A stretch of DNA of 64,000 bases from Naegleria gruberi (lineage: Eukaryota). A model generated the notes under the pieces. That model was not told where the DNA came from. It ran no database searches and saw only the letters and a list, made by a program, of their open reading frames with translations. Below, piece after piece: positions 41,092 through 51,469 of this stretch (positions are counted from its first letter, which is position 1; each line of letters starts with the position of its first letter). The position numbers were made by a program, and so were the translations under genes. The DNA lies in the NCBI GenBank assembly GCA_000004985.1, contig GG738883.1; one strand, given 5' to 3'.

Positions 41092-42714
41092 ATGATGAAA
41101 AAGTGTGATAAAGAATGTAGTGGTGGATTGAGAAGGAAGATTAAATCTAATAGTGCTGATTTTCAAGTCAAGTTAGCTAGATATACTGAAAAGCAATTAA
41201 ATTTAGCATTAAAAGTATCAAACTTTCAACAAACTCAAATCATTGAAATATTATTTGATAATTTGACTCAAGTGATTGACTCGGAATATCAAAATCAATT
41301 GTCACAATTATCAAATGATTCAATTTCTGCTACTCCTATGAAACAATTCAGAAATGACACTACACAGAATCAATCAAAGTATTTTTACCATATTTTAGCA
41401 GATTACTATTATAATAATCCAAATGAATCAGAAAGATTGCAAAAATTATGTTTAAAACTCTTAACCAATCAATATCTTCCTTCCATATATACAATGCTCT
41501 TTTATAGATGGGTAAGTCAATTTGATTTACAATTTGTGATTTAATTTTCATTTAGATGTTTGATAGTGAATCTCAAAATTTGAGTTTAATTCATATTAAT
41601 ATATTTATGAAAGGTGTAAATAGATTATTCTGGTCAGATGTACAAAGTAAAACACTAAGATACAATAGTTTATTTAGAGTAAGTTTTTCTGCTCTACCAT
41701 TCTCAATAATAATTATGATAGTTTATTCAAAATGATATTTTACTGAAAGATAATTTCTCTAGTTTTTTCAATCCTACAAATCCTTATTCATCATTTCATG
41801 CTAGGAATTATAGTGAAGCAGAGGATGGATATGTGACACCTGATATGGATTCAAAAGATTTGGAAAATGTAATGAAATCACCTGTAATGGATGAATATAA
41901 AGAAAGAAAATCAATTTCTAACACAATTGAAGATGATGGAACTGTGGTTAATGTACAAAAAGTTATTCAATCGAAAAAAATTGATTTAATAAGCATTGTT
42001 GCTAAATACTATTTCTATTATGAGAATAGAGATTCGAGATACAAACTGAAACCATACATTATGCATTTATCAGAAAAATGTGCTCTAGATCCATCTCAAA
42101 CAACAGATTTTGCTGATGAAATTGAAAAGAAAAACAAGACCTATTCTAAACCTAATGATAAGCTAAGATTGACTAACAAACAAGATGAGAATTACAAAGT
42201 AATGCTTATTCTGATTTCTGACATGTTTGTTAATGAAAATATTTTGCTTTTGTCAACCGTGGATGATGAAGAAATAATTTTGAGCGTGTTAACAAGATGT
42301 CAATTATTCTCAGAGTTGGAAATCACAAACAGGACTATGGTAAAGTTTCAAGCAGCCATCTATGCCTTCACTTGTCCTGGAACACCTAATATTCATACTT
42401 CTAGTTTAATTAGAGCTAAGGCATCCAAAACATTGGATTATCTCTTCCCTAGTGGTAAATATGCAAGATGGTGGTTAAATACATCATTTAGATTGCTCTA
42501 TTATAATTGGCCTGTGTCTTTGTGGAATTGGTCAAAAGAAAAGGTAGCACAAGTATTTGATCTGCCCAACAGAGCTTGGGAGTTTGTAAATTATCATTTC
42601 AATTTCCAACCTGAACTGACCATTCAATACGATACCAAGACATTTTATGATAGTACAGACGAGGAAGATGACCAAAATATTTATTCTATTACTTTCAATA
42701 GTAGTAACTTGTAA
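41092..42714 (+). CDS. Hypothetical conserved-looking protein (~495 aa); three exons 41092-41511, 41556-41678, 41773-42714. Introns 41512-41555 (44 nt) and 41679-41772 (94 nt)
   Basis: First in-frame ATG is MMKKCDK at 41092; the track start 41029 is a TTG. GTAAGT directly after ...FYRW. Exon 2 is exactly 123 nt (MFDSESQNLSLIHINIFMKGVNRLFWSDVQSKTLRYNSLFR), bounded by TTTAG and GTAAGT. Exon 3 starts FFNPTNPYSSFHARNYSEAEDGYVTPDMDSKD..., in frame with track ORF 41833-42714 (GTG start). No family recognised. Confidence 0.6.
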
Positions 42715-42874
42715 ATAAAATCAGAAAGTAATCATGTCAGAATATGTTACCTCTCTTCAGAATCATGATCACCATATTCAATTCATAAGTTGAATTGTTC
42801 TCTACAGGTTGCAATTGGAATAAGATAGAGAAGGGGAATGGGTTGGATCGTGTTTGTAAATTTTGGAAATTGAC

Positions 42875-43819
42875 CTATTCTATTTTCATTTTTCTTAATT
42901 CCTTAAAAGCCTCAACATTAGCATATGGTTTACGAGTTAGTGGGTCAATATATTTTGCTGGTAAACCTGTTATTACACATTTGAGTTGTTTCTCCTCCTT
43001 TGGAATATTGAATCTTTTGACTTCCTCATCTGGCATTTTCTGATTAATACATTGTGGAATGCCATGGTTGACAAATTCAATAAGATTTGTTCCCATCTTT
43101 GAAATATATTTAACTCTTGGCTCATATGGATCAATCATCTTTGATTTTGAATCTCTAGCCTTTTTTTTAACATCTTCCTCAGTTTGTCTCAATTTTAAAA
43201 GACTCTTCTTGTTCTCTTCTGTAGTTATTTTTGCCTCTTCCAATAATTCCTCTTGTGTGAATTTTTTCAATTCCTTTGGAGCTTTTGGTGTTTTTGTCTT
43301 TGATGTTTTAGCTTTAATTTTCTCATCTGTAGCCTCTGTAGCTTTCACTGTTGATTGTCTGGAAGATCTCTTCATTTCTACTGGCAAAGTTGTTTTTGGT
43401 GTTTTTGGTGCTTTAGGTGTTTTAGGTTGTTTTTCCACAGTTGATGCTGCTGATTTATCTGTTGATTTCTTCTTCTTTGATTTAGATTCATCCTTGTATA
43501 CATTCTTTCTCTTTTTAGTTTCTCGTTCTTCTTTAGCAATCTTTTTCTCTACATTATTTGCTCTTTGTTGTTCTCCTTCTTCATCAGAAGTATATTCGTC
43601 CATATCCGAATCTTCATAATCTTGTTCTTCCTCCAATATTTGTTCCGTTGTTTCAAATTCATTGTCTCCTTCATCTTCGGCAAACATGTTCATCTTCCAA
43701 AATTCGTCATCAACATCTTTATCAATTCCTTCAAGTTCTGTCAGTCTTTTACCACGAGTACTTCTTGATGGTAATCTTCTTCTTTCCTCTCCCTCATCCG
43801 ATGCTTGTGATGGATCCAT
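42875..43819 (-). CDS. vps72: VPS72 / YL1-family protein (SWR1/SRCAP chromatin-remodelling complex subunit)
   Basis: Acidic N-terminal region with RSTRGKR motif, K/E-rich central region, and C-terminal YL1_C-type motif KCVITGLPAKYIDPLTRKPYANVEAFKELRK (cf. CxITGLPAKYRDPxTGLPYAN). Single ORF with ATG. Confidence 0.7.
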   Translation of the reverse strand: MDPSQASDEGEERRRLPSRSTRGKRLTELEGIDKDVDDEFWKMNMFAEDEGDNEFETTEQILEEEQDYEDSDMDEYTSDEEGEQQRANNVEKKIAKEERETKKRKNVYKDESKSKKKKSTDKSAASTVEKQPKTPKAPKTPKTTLPVEMKRSSRQSTVKATEATDEKIKAKTSKTKTPKAPKELKKFTQEELLEEAKITTEENKKSLLKLRQTEEDVKKKARDSKSKMIDPYEPRVKYISKMGTNLIEFVNHGIPQCINQKMPDEEVKRFNIPKEEKQLKCVITGLPAKYIDPLTRKPYANVEAFKELRKMKIE

Positions 43820-44053
43820 TGTTATTGTAATTGATTAATTTTATGATGAGGAAAAGTAAAAGGCTTGTTTTTGTGTGATGAGAATTTTTTCAAGATGTAA
43901 TTTTGGAGGGAATTGGTCGACAATAATTCTTTAGGTGATGATTCAAAATATAAATTTGTTACAAGAATTGTAAAAAGTATTATATGGCAAATCAATCACA
44001 ACAGCAATTCTGCTGTTATTGGCTATGGTTTATTGCAACTATTGATGAGAATA

Positions 44054-44875
44054 TTAATTTAACTTTTCAGAGTTTTGTTTGAAACTAAAGTTGAGTACAG
44101 TCATTGATAATGTATCAACAAAAGTATTATCGTGAGCATCGTATCTATTCAAAATGTACTTCAATGAAGTCTTCTGTTCAGCAGGAACAACTTCTTCAGT
44201 GACAGAAGCCATTTCATGATAGTTAGTTGGCATTGAAGGCCATTTGATCTTATTACTATTTACATTACTTCCTTCCAATTCCATTACTAATTCATAGTAC
44301 CGCCGTTTAAGGGTACTCAAAGAAACGTTTAACTTTTTAGCAGCAACACTTTGTGGAAGTGTCATGTATCTAATCAAATCATTAAGAGGAATGTCAATCT
44401 TGTTTCTCTTTGTTTTCCTCTTCTTTTGAATACCAGATTCAAGCTTAAGTTCTTGTTTTTCTGGTTTTTCTTGCTTTGGGAAAACAGAAATATCCAAAGT
44501 ATGTGGTAATTTGTTAGAGTTTGCAGTTGTAGTAATACTAGTTGCAGGGATTACAGGAGTGACAACAGGAATTGGCTGTACAGTTTGATTTCTAATTAAA
44601 AATTAATATTTGAAAAAGTTGATTAAAACATACCTGGTAGGAGGTGGAAATACAGGGAAAGATTGTAAGAAAACTTGAGGACTGAACCACAAATTCTTGG
44701 AAGGTTGAGAAGATGGTGGTGACATTGTTGGAGCAAGAGAAGGGATTATAGTACAAGAGGAAGATGACACAGAAGATGGTGATGATGGGATCAATTCTGG
44801 TTGAAGTAACTTGTGGAGATTATTATCGGTTGTAGTAAGAGTTGATTTTCGGACGGCCTTTGATTGTTGTTGCAT
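44054..44875 (-). CDS. RWP-RK-like domain protein; two exons 44875-44634 and 44591-44054, with a 42-nt intron 44592-44633 (GTATGT...TTAG)
   Basis: Exon 1 ends ...FPVFPPPT-R(ag|a) and joins in frame to NQTVQPIPVVTPVIPATSITTTANSNKLPHTLDISVFPKQ...; the track start of the downstream ORF is TTG. Domain core LNDLIRYMTLPQSVAAKKLNVSLSTLKRRYYELVMELEGSNVNSNKIKWPSMP matches the RWP-RK pattern (L..YF.LPi.eAAk.Lgvs.T.LKr.cR..Gi.RWP.RK) with RWP replaced by KWP. Confidence 0.5.
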
Positions 44876-46006
44876 TTTGTGATATTATCGTGTAGAGGTT
44901 ATTACAAGTAGTAGTATTTGAGTAGTCAGCTTTAAAGCGAGAAGGAGTGCAGATATTTTAAATTGTTTGAATTTATTATTTGGTGGATTGTGTGATGATT
45001 TATGGAGTATAAAAGATTGTACCAGGTTGAGAGGTTTGTGGTGGAGAATTTCAGCTGAGGTTCCCTCTTGCACGGAAAACGAGCGATGCGAAGTGAAGTA
45101 GACACTGGAAATTCCAATTTTTTACTTCTATATTGGTTAAGTTTTCTTGTTTTGTTGAGATAGACAAAAACGGTGATTCAATACGAAGCAACAAACAAAG
45201 GCAAAAGGTATTTTTCGCGTTTTTAAAAATAAATTTTTCGCTCCGGAGCTTTTTGACTGGTACACTGTTTACAATCAAAATCTTTTTGAGCCGTGCTGAT
45301 TCTATCTCTTCTATGCACAGAGCGAGGTGACCTTGTGAAAAACTCTCCAATTTTTTTATGTTTGGTCGAGCTGTCTCCAAATAAGGTTCTGTAAAAATTC
45401 TCGATGGTATTAAGCTGTGTATGTATAATATTGGAGTTTGCAATCTTGTTTTCTTGAAGCAAGAAGAAGGCTTGTTAATTTTATATCCTTATCGAATATT
45501 CAATCTCCTCCTTTATTCGAGCTTCCTTCACCAGAAAAAGCTTACTGTAGTAGGCCTTGGTGATTTTCAGTAGTTGATAATCTAGAATACTGTGGAATGT
45601 ACAAGTGAATCTTTTATACAACATGGAATCAGGTGGTGCATGTAAGAGATTGCACGCACCACCAAATTGAATTTTCTTTGTAAATTTCCAAGATCTTTAA
45701 TTTTCCTTCTCATCCCATGCAGCATGTTGTAAGATTGGCAATCGTTCTTTTTATGCAAAATTTCCTTGACGAGTTTGCAACATTGGATATTAAAAGTTTG
45801 TAAACAACATTCCAATTTCCAACAAATTATTCATCACCCAAATGACTGAATAATTACTCTCTACAGTTTTTAAGTTTATAAATTGGTGGTTTGAAAAACT
45901 GTAGTCTATATTAACCAACACCATCAAATTGTGCAATATTAGATATGAACCCAATATTAGAGGCTATATGATGAACATTGAAATTTAATTGAATGAACTT
46001 TAAAAA

Positions 46007-48516
46007 ATGTTAAACAAATCATCTGATGGTGGTAGATTGCCTCATCGTAATCATCCACTCTTAAATCATTTCATATATCAATATAATATTCATCAGCAGC
46101 ATAATAACAACAATGGATCGGAGGAAGATATTGATGATAAGAAATTATTTAGCAAATTGAAACAAGACTTGGCAGAACATTTAAATAATAATCAATTAAT
46201 TGATGAATACTTTTCTTGTTTATCTCCTTCGGTATCAAAATTAGTACACAAGAATGATGGCAAAATAGAAAATAATGAACAACAACAATATATTGATTCT
46301 ACAACAGGTTTATTACTAGTAGATGACGATGAAAATTCAACAACAGAAGGATTTCCTCTACTTGATGTGTTATCCGATAACTTTTTAAATGCTTCTTTAG
46401 AATTGAGAGAAATTTGCAAGTCTATTTGGAAGACTAATTCATTAGATTCAATTTTATTGGATTGCAATACTCAAGTAATGTCAATTAAACAATTATTGAT
46501 TGAATATATTACAGTGACAAAACAACCATTGGAAATTCTTGAATATTTACAAAATATTACTCAACAAGATGATTCATTTTCTAATGTTTATTCAGTATTT
46601 AGTTTACTTTCAACAATGGTTGAACATTTGATTACATCTGTTGTCTATACAGTTGCTACATTGGATGAGTCAAAGAATGGTAATGATGTTGTCATTCCAT
46701 TGACATTGACCGAAATATTGGAATGTGAACAAGTTAAAAAAATATTACCAATCAAATTATTGAATATCATTAAGGTTTTTATGGGTCCACCTAAAGGACT
46801 CAACTTGAGAAATGTACTTTATCATGGATTTTTAGATGAAACAGAAATTCATCCATCCTATTTATCATTTTTATGGAGAATTTACTTTACCACATGTAAA
46901 TGTGTATCTACATATACTCAAATATCAGGTTGGACTGAATTTGTATTGAAACCAAGAACTGATTTGACCAACGTTTCACAATATGAAGAACTTTTCAAAT
47001 ACCAAAATGATCAACTTTTATTTCAAAATGAAAATGATTCCAAGACGATTGATAAAATTCTAGATGAAACCTATTTCATTATACCAACAAGAATTAGAAT
47101 AATCAAGAAGGCATTTGAATTTTTACAAAAAGGTATTTTACAATCCAGTGCAATTGACTTGCAGCTTTCTCTCTGTTTACTTTTCCCTCAATTTGAATTT
47201 TGTTTGAGAAGAGTTTACATTGCTTCCAATCAAAAAGTTGATGAAAGAACATGGTCTGCTCAGAATGAAGAATTTTTCAGTACATTGGATGTAATTTTTG
47301 CCAATCACTTGGAAACATCAATCTATTGTGATTCAGTTCTCTCCTCAAAAGATCAAAAAACTGTTATTGATCATCAAAATTTAACACCCAACGAATTATT
47401 TAACATTGTTGGGAATAACATTGGTGATGCTCTTATGGATGCATTCATATTTTATAGGGTAAGTTTACCATTATTTTAAGTTGTTGTATTCAAATAATTA
47501 ATTACAAAAAGGGTCCTAAATTGAGAGACAAGATTGCTCACTGTCAAGTTCTAGGCCAAATGGATCCAAAACTAGTTCAACATTTCTTTTTAATATTTAT
47601 TTCTTTATGTGTTCATTTTTCTAAAGATGGAAATGAATCAACATTAGAGACTTCACATCTTTTACAATCCACAATGAACCATCTTATTAACAAACAAGTA
47701 TCATTCAGTTTTTATGATATTAGAACTAGATTTATTAATTTTTGGAACGAGATTAAGGATGTATATTATCAAAAGAAGAAATTTTACTGTTGTGGAGAGG
47801 GATATGTATGCGAGAATCCAGTGGGGCACATCAAGGAATTAGATGAGTACAAGTGTGCTATCAATAGAGATGGATTTTCTCTATTGAAATCACTTGATGA
47901 TAATATTAGAGATGATTTGGTTAATATTTTAGAGACAAATTTTAAAAAAGGACAACCAAAGAATGTGCAATTTTCCATGAATGAATGCTTTGAATATTTG
48001 ATAGTGAAAAATCCACTCATTGGAAAGATTCAATCACAAGATATTGAGTGCACATACAATAACCATTTCCACTGCCCAGCTCAACAAATTACCAATATTG
48101 AAATGTTGGTAAGAGTTTTAGAGCATTTGTACACTGGTTTGGAAGCATTGGAAGAGAAATATTTGGATTTGTGTAACTTAATTAATGAAAGAAAGGCCAG
48201 AACACCACAAAGAAAACTTTTCATTACAATGACTCAAACTAGATCAATTATTGATTTTATTTTCAAGTTCTTTATTGAATATACTTTTATTCAATTCGAA
48301 ATAATTGATAAGAGACAAGTGGAGGAAGGTGATGGAAAGAAACGTTTGAATTGGGTTCAACAATTATTAACTCAAGCTCTCAGAATTGAAGGTCAAATCA
48401 AAGAAGGAACTATTGGTGTCATGTGTGCAAAATTCTTGGAATTTATCATTCAAAAAGAAAAGAACATTACAAAAGACTTTCAAGATTATGAACTTGTAAA
48501 TAATGAAAGTAAATAA
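46007..48516 (+). CDS. Hypothetical ~820-aa protein; two exons 46007-47467 and 47512-48516, with a 44-nt intron 47468-47511 (GTAAGT...AAAAAG)
   Basis: ORF 1 runs into GTAAGT immediately after codon AGG (..IFYR). Acceptor AG at 47510-11 restores the frame into GPKLRDKIAHCQVLGQMDPK... (track ORF 47521-48516). No family recognised. Confidence 0.6.
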
Positions 48517-48676
48517 ATTTTTCAACAAGTAATAGTCAGCAATAAGCAATTGTTATCCACACGATCATTCGGTTCAACCGTAAACAAATTTAGCTAAATC
48601 ATCATTCGAGGAAAATTAGGTGTGAAATTTACGCATGGCTTTTTTATTTACAAAGTTGAAAATAATATTTTTGGTT

Positions 48677-51347
48677 TTAAAAAAATGCGTAATTTCTAGT
48701 TTGAACAAGGTTAAGCAAGGTTTTTGTTTCTGGATTGAATGCATATTGGGGAATGTTGTTTTCTGAATGGAGTGGATAAATGTCCATGATATCTTTTTGA
48801 AGATAATCCATTTCATATTGGGTTAGTAATTTTAAAATGAGTGGATATCTGTAATGATCTTGTTCTAATGTTCTTGCACGAAGAATGCTTCGTTGTTGCT
48901 TGTTGAGAATTTTGGTCAAATTTGGTTGTTTTTCAATCATTTTCTCAATAACTTCATTGTCATAACCAAGTTGTAAATGTAAACAAGTATCACCCAATTC
49001 ATTTTGTTGTTCCAATTCTTCAGGTGTCATTTCATCAATTAATTCCATTGCAAATTGATAATTCTTAAAGTTTAAACTAATCATTGGAATTGTAACATGC
49101 TTGATACCATCTTCAAGCTTATCCGCTAAATCCTGTGAAATTTTACAAGTAACAGGTCCAATAATGCTTCTTCTCTCTTCATCATTGGTTTCACTCTTAA
49201 TATAACAATAAAGTGAATAGATTGCCACCTGATTTGGATTAACAGCATATAATACTAATAAATGTCTCAATAATAAAATGAAATCTTTTCTATTAATTCT
49301 TGTTTTGAGTATTTTCAAACATTCAATTGCACTTTTCCAATCAATTTCCAATAATAATTCACCAATACTGCAAGGTAACCATCCATATTCAAGTGATACT
49401 TGCATTTCAGAATATGAATTTACAAAATATCCACATTGATAAGTATTACATATATAAATTATATAGGCATATAATTCTACAGAGTTAATCAAATGAAAAT
49501 TATTGAACCCATAAATATTTGCAATTGGAATATTGTAATCTCTAAAATAATCAATACATTCTTTCAGTGTAGATAATGATAAATGTTGTAAATTAGCAAA
49601 ACCTCCAAATATATATCCATTCTTTCTAAAACAATCATATTGTAAATGTAAATTAGCAATTTCTTTAACATTAAATGATGAACCATTATTATTATCAACA
49701 ATATTCAATTGTGGATTAGAAAGTAATGCTTGTGGAGTGATAATATTTAAAGATTCAATTTCAATGTGTGAAGGTAGAATTAATTTCAATTTTGCTACAC
49801 TATCCAAAGTAGTATCTAATAATTTCACCCTCTCTAATTTATCTAATAATAAATTTTCTGTATGAGAAATTGATATTTGACCTTCAACTACTTCTACAAG
49901 TTTCAATTTTTCACAACATGAAAATGATATTAATAATTGGTTTGTAAGTGTCCTAATTGCAATTCTTTTTAATCTATTATTCTTTCCTAATTTGTATATT
50001 TCCATTTATAAATATATATTATAAATAATAATAACAAAACATACCAATACATTGTAATACATTTTCATAAACTTGAATTAACTCATTAAATGATGATGAA
50101 TTTGAATCTAAAAATATTGCATTTGATATCTTTAAACTTGATAATTCCAATGGCATTGATGATTCATATAATTTTTTCCTACACATCATTGTATTAATAT
50201 CACCTGAATTTATAGGTGTAAATAATCCATTATTATTGGATGAAAATGGAAATTTTGATTGAGCATCTGGTAAATTTTCTCTTCTTAAAATTTCTCTTTC
50301 CAATTCTTCATTGGTTAAATTTAACATTTCTTCAATTGTTTTTGGTTCAATTTTTGGTAAAATATTATCAAATACATTAGTAGAATTATTATTAGAATTA
50401 AATAAATTATTATTACCAAATATGTTATTACCAAATATAGATGAATTTGGTGTTGATTGTTGTCTACTAAATGGAGTTGGCAATGAATTTCCAATTTTAA
50501 AAAACTCTGTATTTTCCTTAATGTTATTAGGATTTTCAGTAGTTATTGATTTTAATAATTCAAAACTATTAGAATAAATAAATAAATCTTCCAAATTTGT
50601 TAATTTTTCATCATGTAAATTTTGTTCTCTCAAAAAACATAAAAAATAGAGAAAATCAATGGAACGATCTGTCAATTTACAATTTGTTAAATCCAATTCA
50701 TCAATTTCTAATATTTTAATTTTCATTCTCTTTGAATATTCTCTGTTAATTAATCTCATTTTGTGTAGAGTTTGAAATTTAGTATCCATTACATGAGTTA
50801 ATTCAAAATTATTAATTCGTTTAATATTTTCAATTGGGTTGAAAAAGTTTGAAATTAAATGTTTCACCTGATCATATTCGAAACCTAATTGTTCAACAAA
50901 TTGATTAATATCTTGTTTAAATTTACTTTTCAATGAATAGCTGGGAATAAAATCAATAATATTATATTTAATATTATTAGGTAATTGTTTAATATCATTA
51001 CAATCAACCCAATTATTATTATTATTATTAGTATTAGTATTAACATTTGTAGTAGTATTATTTAAGAGTCTTTTTTGATCTTGTAAAATCCATAATTTTG
51101 TTAATTCTGGAGCATTTTCATAAATTGACCATGAAAATTTACTACTAACATCATTATTATCAATTGATTGATGTAATCTTGTTAATAATAATTGTTGAAA
51201 ATGTGAGAGTGATATATTATCTATTTGTTGATTATATTCAATAATGGGAGTATTAATTCTTCTTTCTTTTAAATATATAGTTATAAATTTAAACACATAT
51301 TGAATTATAATTCATACCTTGATTGTTAGCAAGTGAAGTGAACATTT
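48677..51347 (-). CDS. Member 1 of a tandem paralog pair (unknown family; C-terminal half has ankyrin-like G-D-T-C-L-H turns); three exons 51347-51320, 51265-50045, 49986-48677. Introns 51266-51319 (54 nt, GTATGA...AAAAG) and 49987-50044 (58 nt, GTATGT...TTAG)
   Basis: Short first exon ATG TTC ACT TCA CTT GCT AAC AAT CAA G (MFTSLANNQ) at 51347-51320 joins to -ERRINTPIIEYNQQ... The track ORF 50019-51296 starts at GTG. Second junction ...LQCIG-G-KNNRLKRIAIRTL... keeps the frame. Shared motifs with the downstream paralog: FSWS(I/N)YEN(A/I)PEL(T/V)KLWI(L/I)QDQ(K/R)R, YHKMRLINREY(S/A)(K/S)RMK(I/L)(K/R)IL, YQFAMELIDEMTPEELEQQNELGDTCLH, MDYLQKDI. Confidence 0.6.
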
Positions 51348-51469
51348 TTTAATAACAATTTTTGTTAAAACACACACGGACACTCAACAGGACAAGTTTC
51401 ACAATGACAGGTATCTTTATTTCTTTTAAAAAGCGGAAATTATTGAAATTTACAATGATAAATATTTTA

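Noticed and set aside
44618-44640. acatacctggtagg, resembling the 5' end of U1 snRNA (ATACTTACCTGG)
   Set aside because: It is the reverse complement of the GTATGT splice donor, plus exon, of the RWP-RK-like gene's intron. Complementarity between U1 and donors makes this resemblance inevitable. There is no downstream Sm site or U1 stem-loop sequence.
44885-45815. Cluster of 60-130-aa ORFs, and a locally GC-richer stretch (e.g. cgcgtttttaaaaataaatttttcgctccggagc), in the 1.1-kb spacer between divergent genes
   Set aside because: The ORFs overlap one another in different frames, use atypical codons and have no motifs. I scanned for tRNA (no GTTCGAAT-type T-loop or cloverleaf) and snRNA signatures and found none. 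Most likely a bidirectional promoter/5'UTR region.
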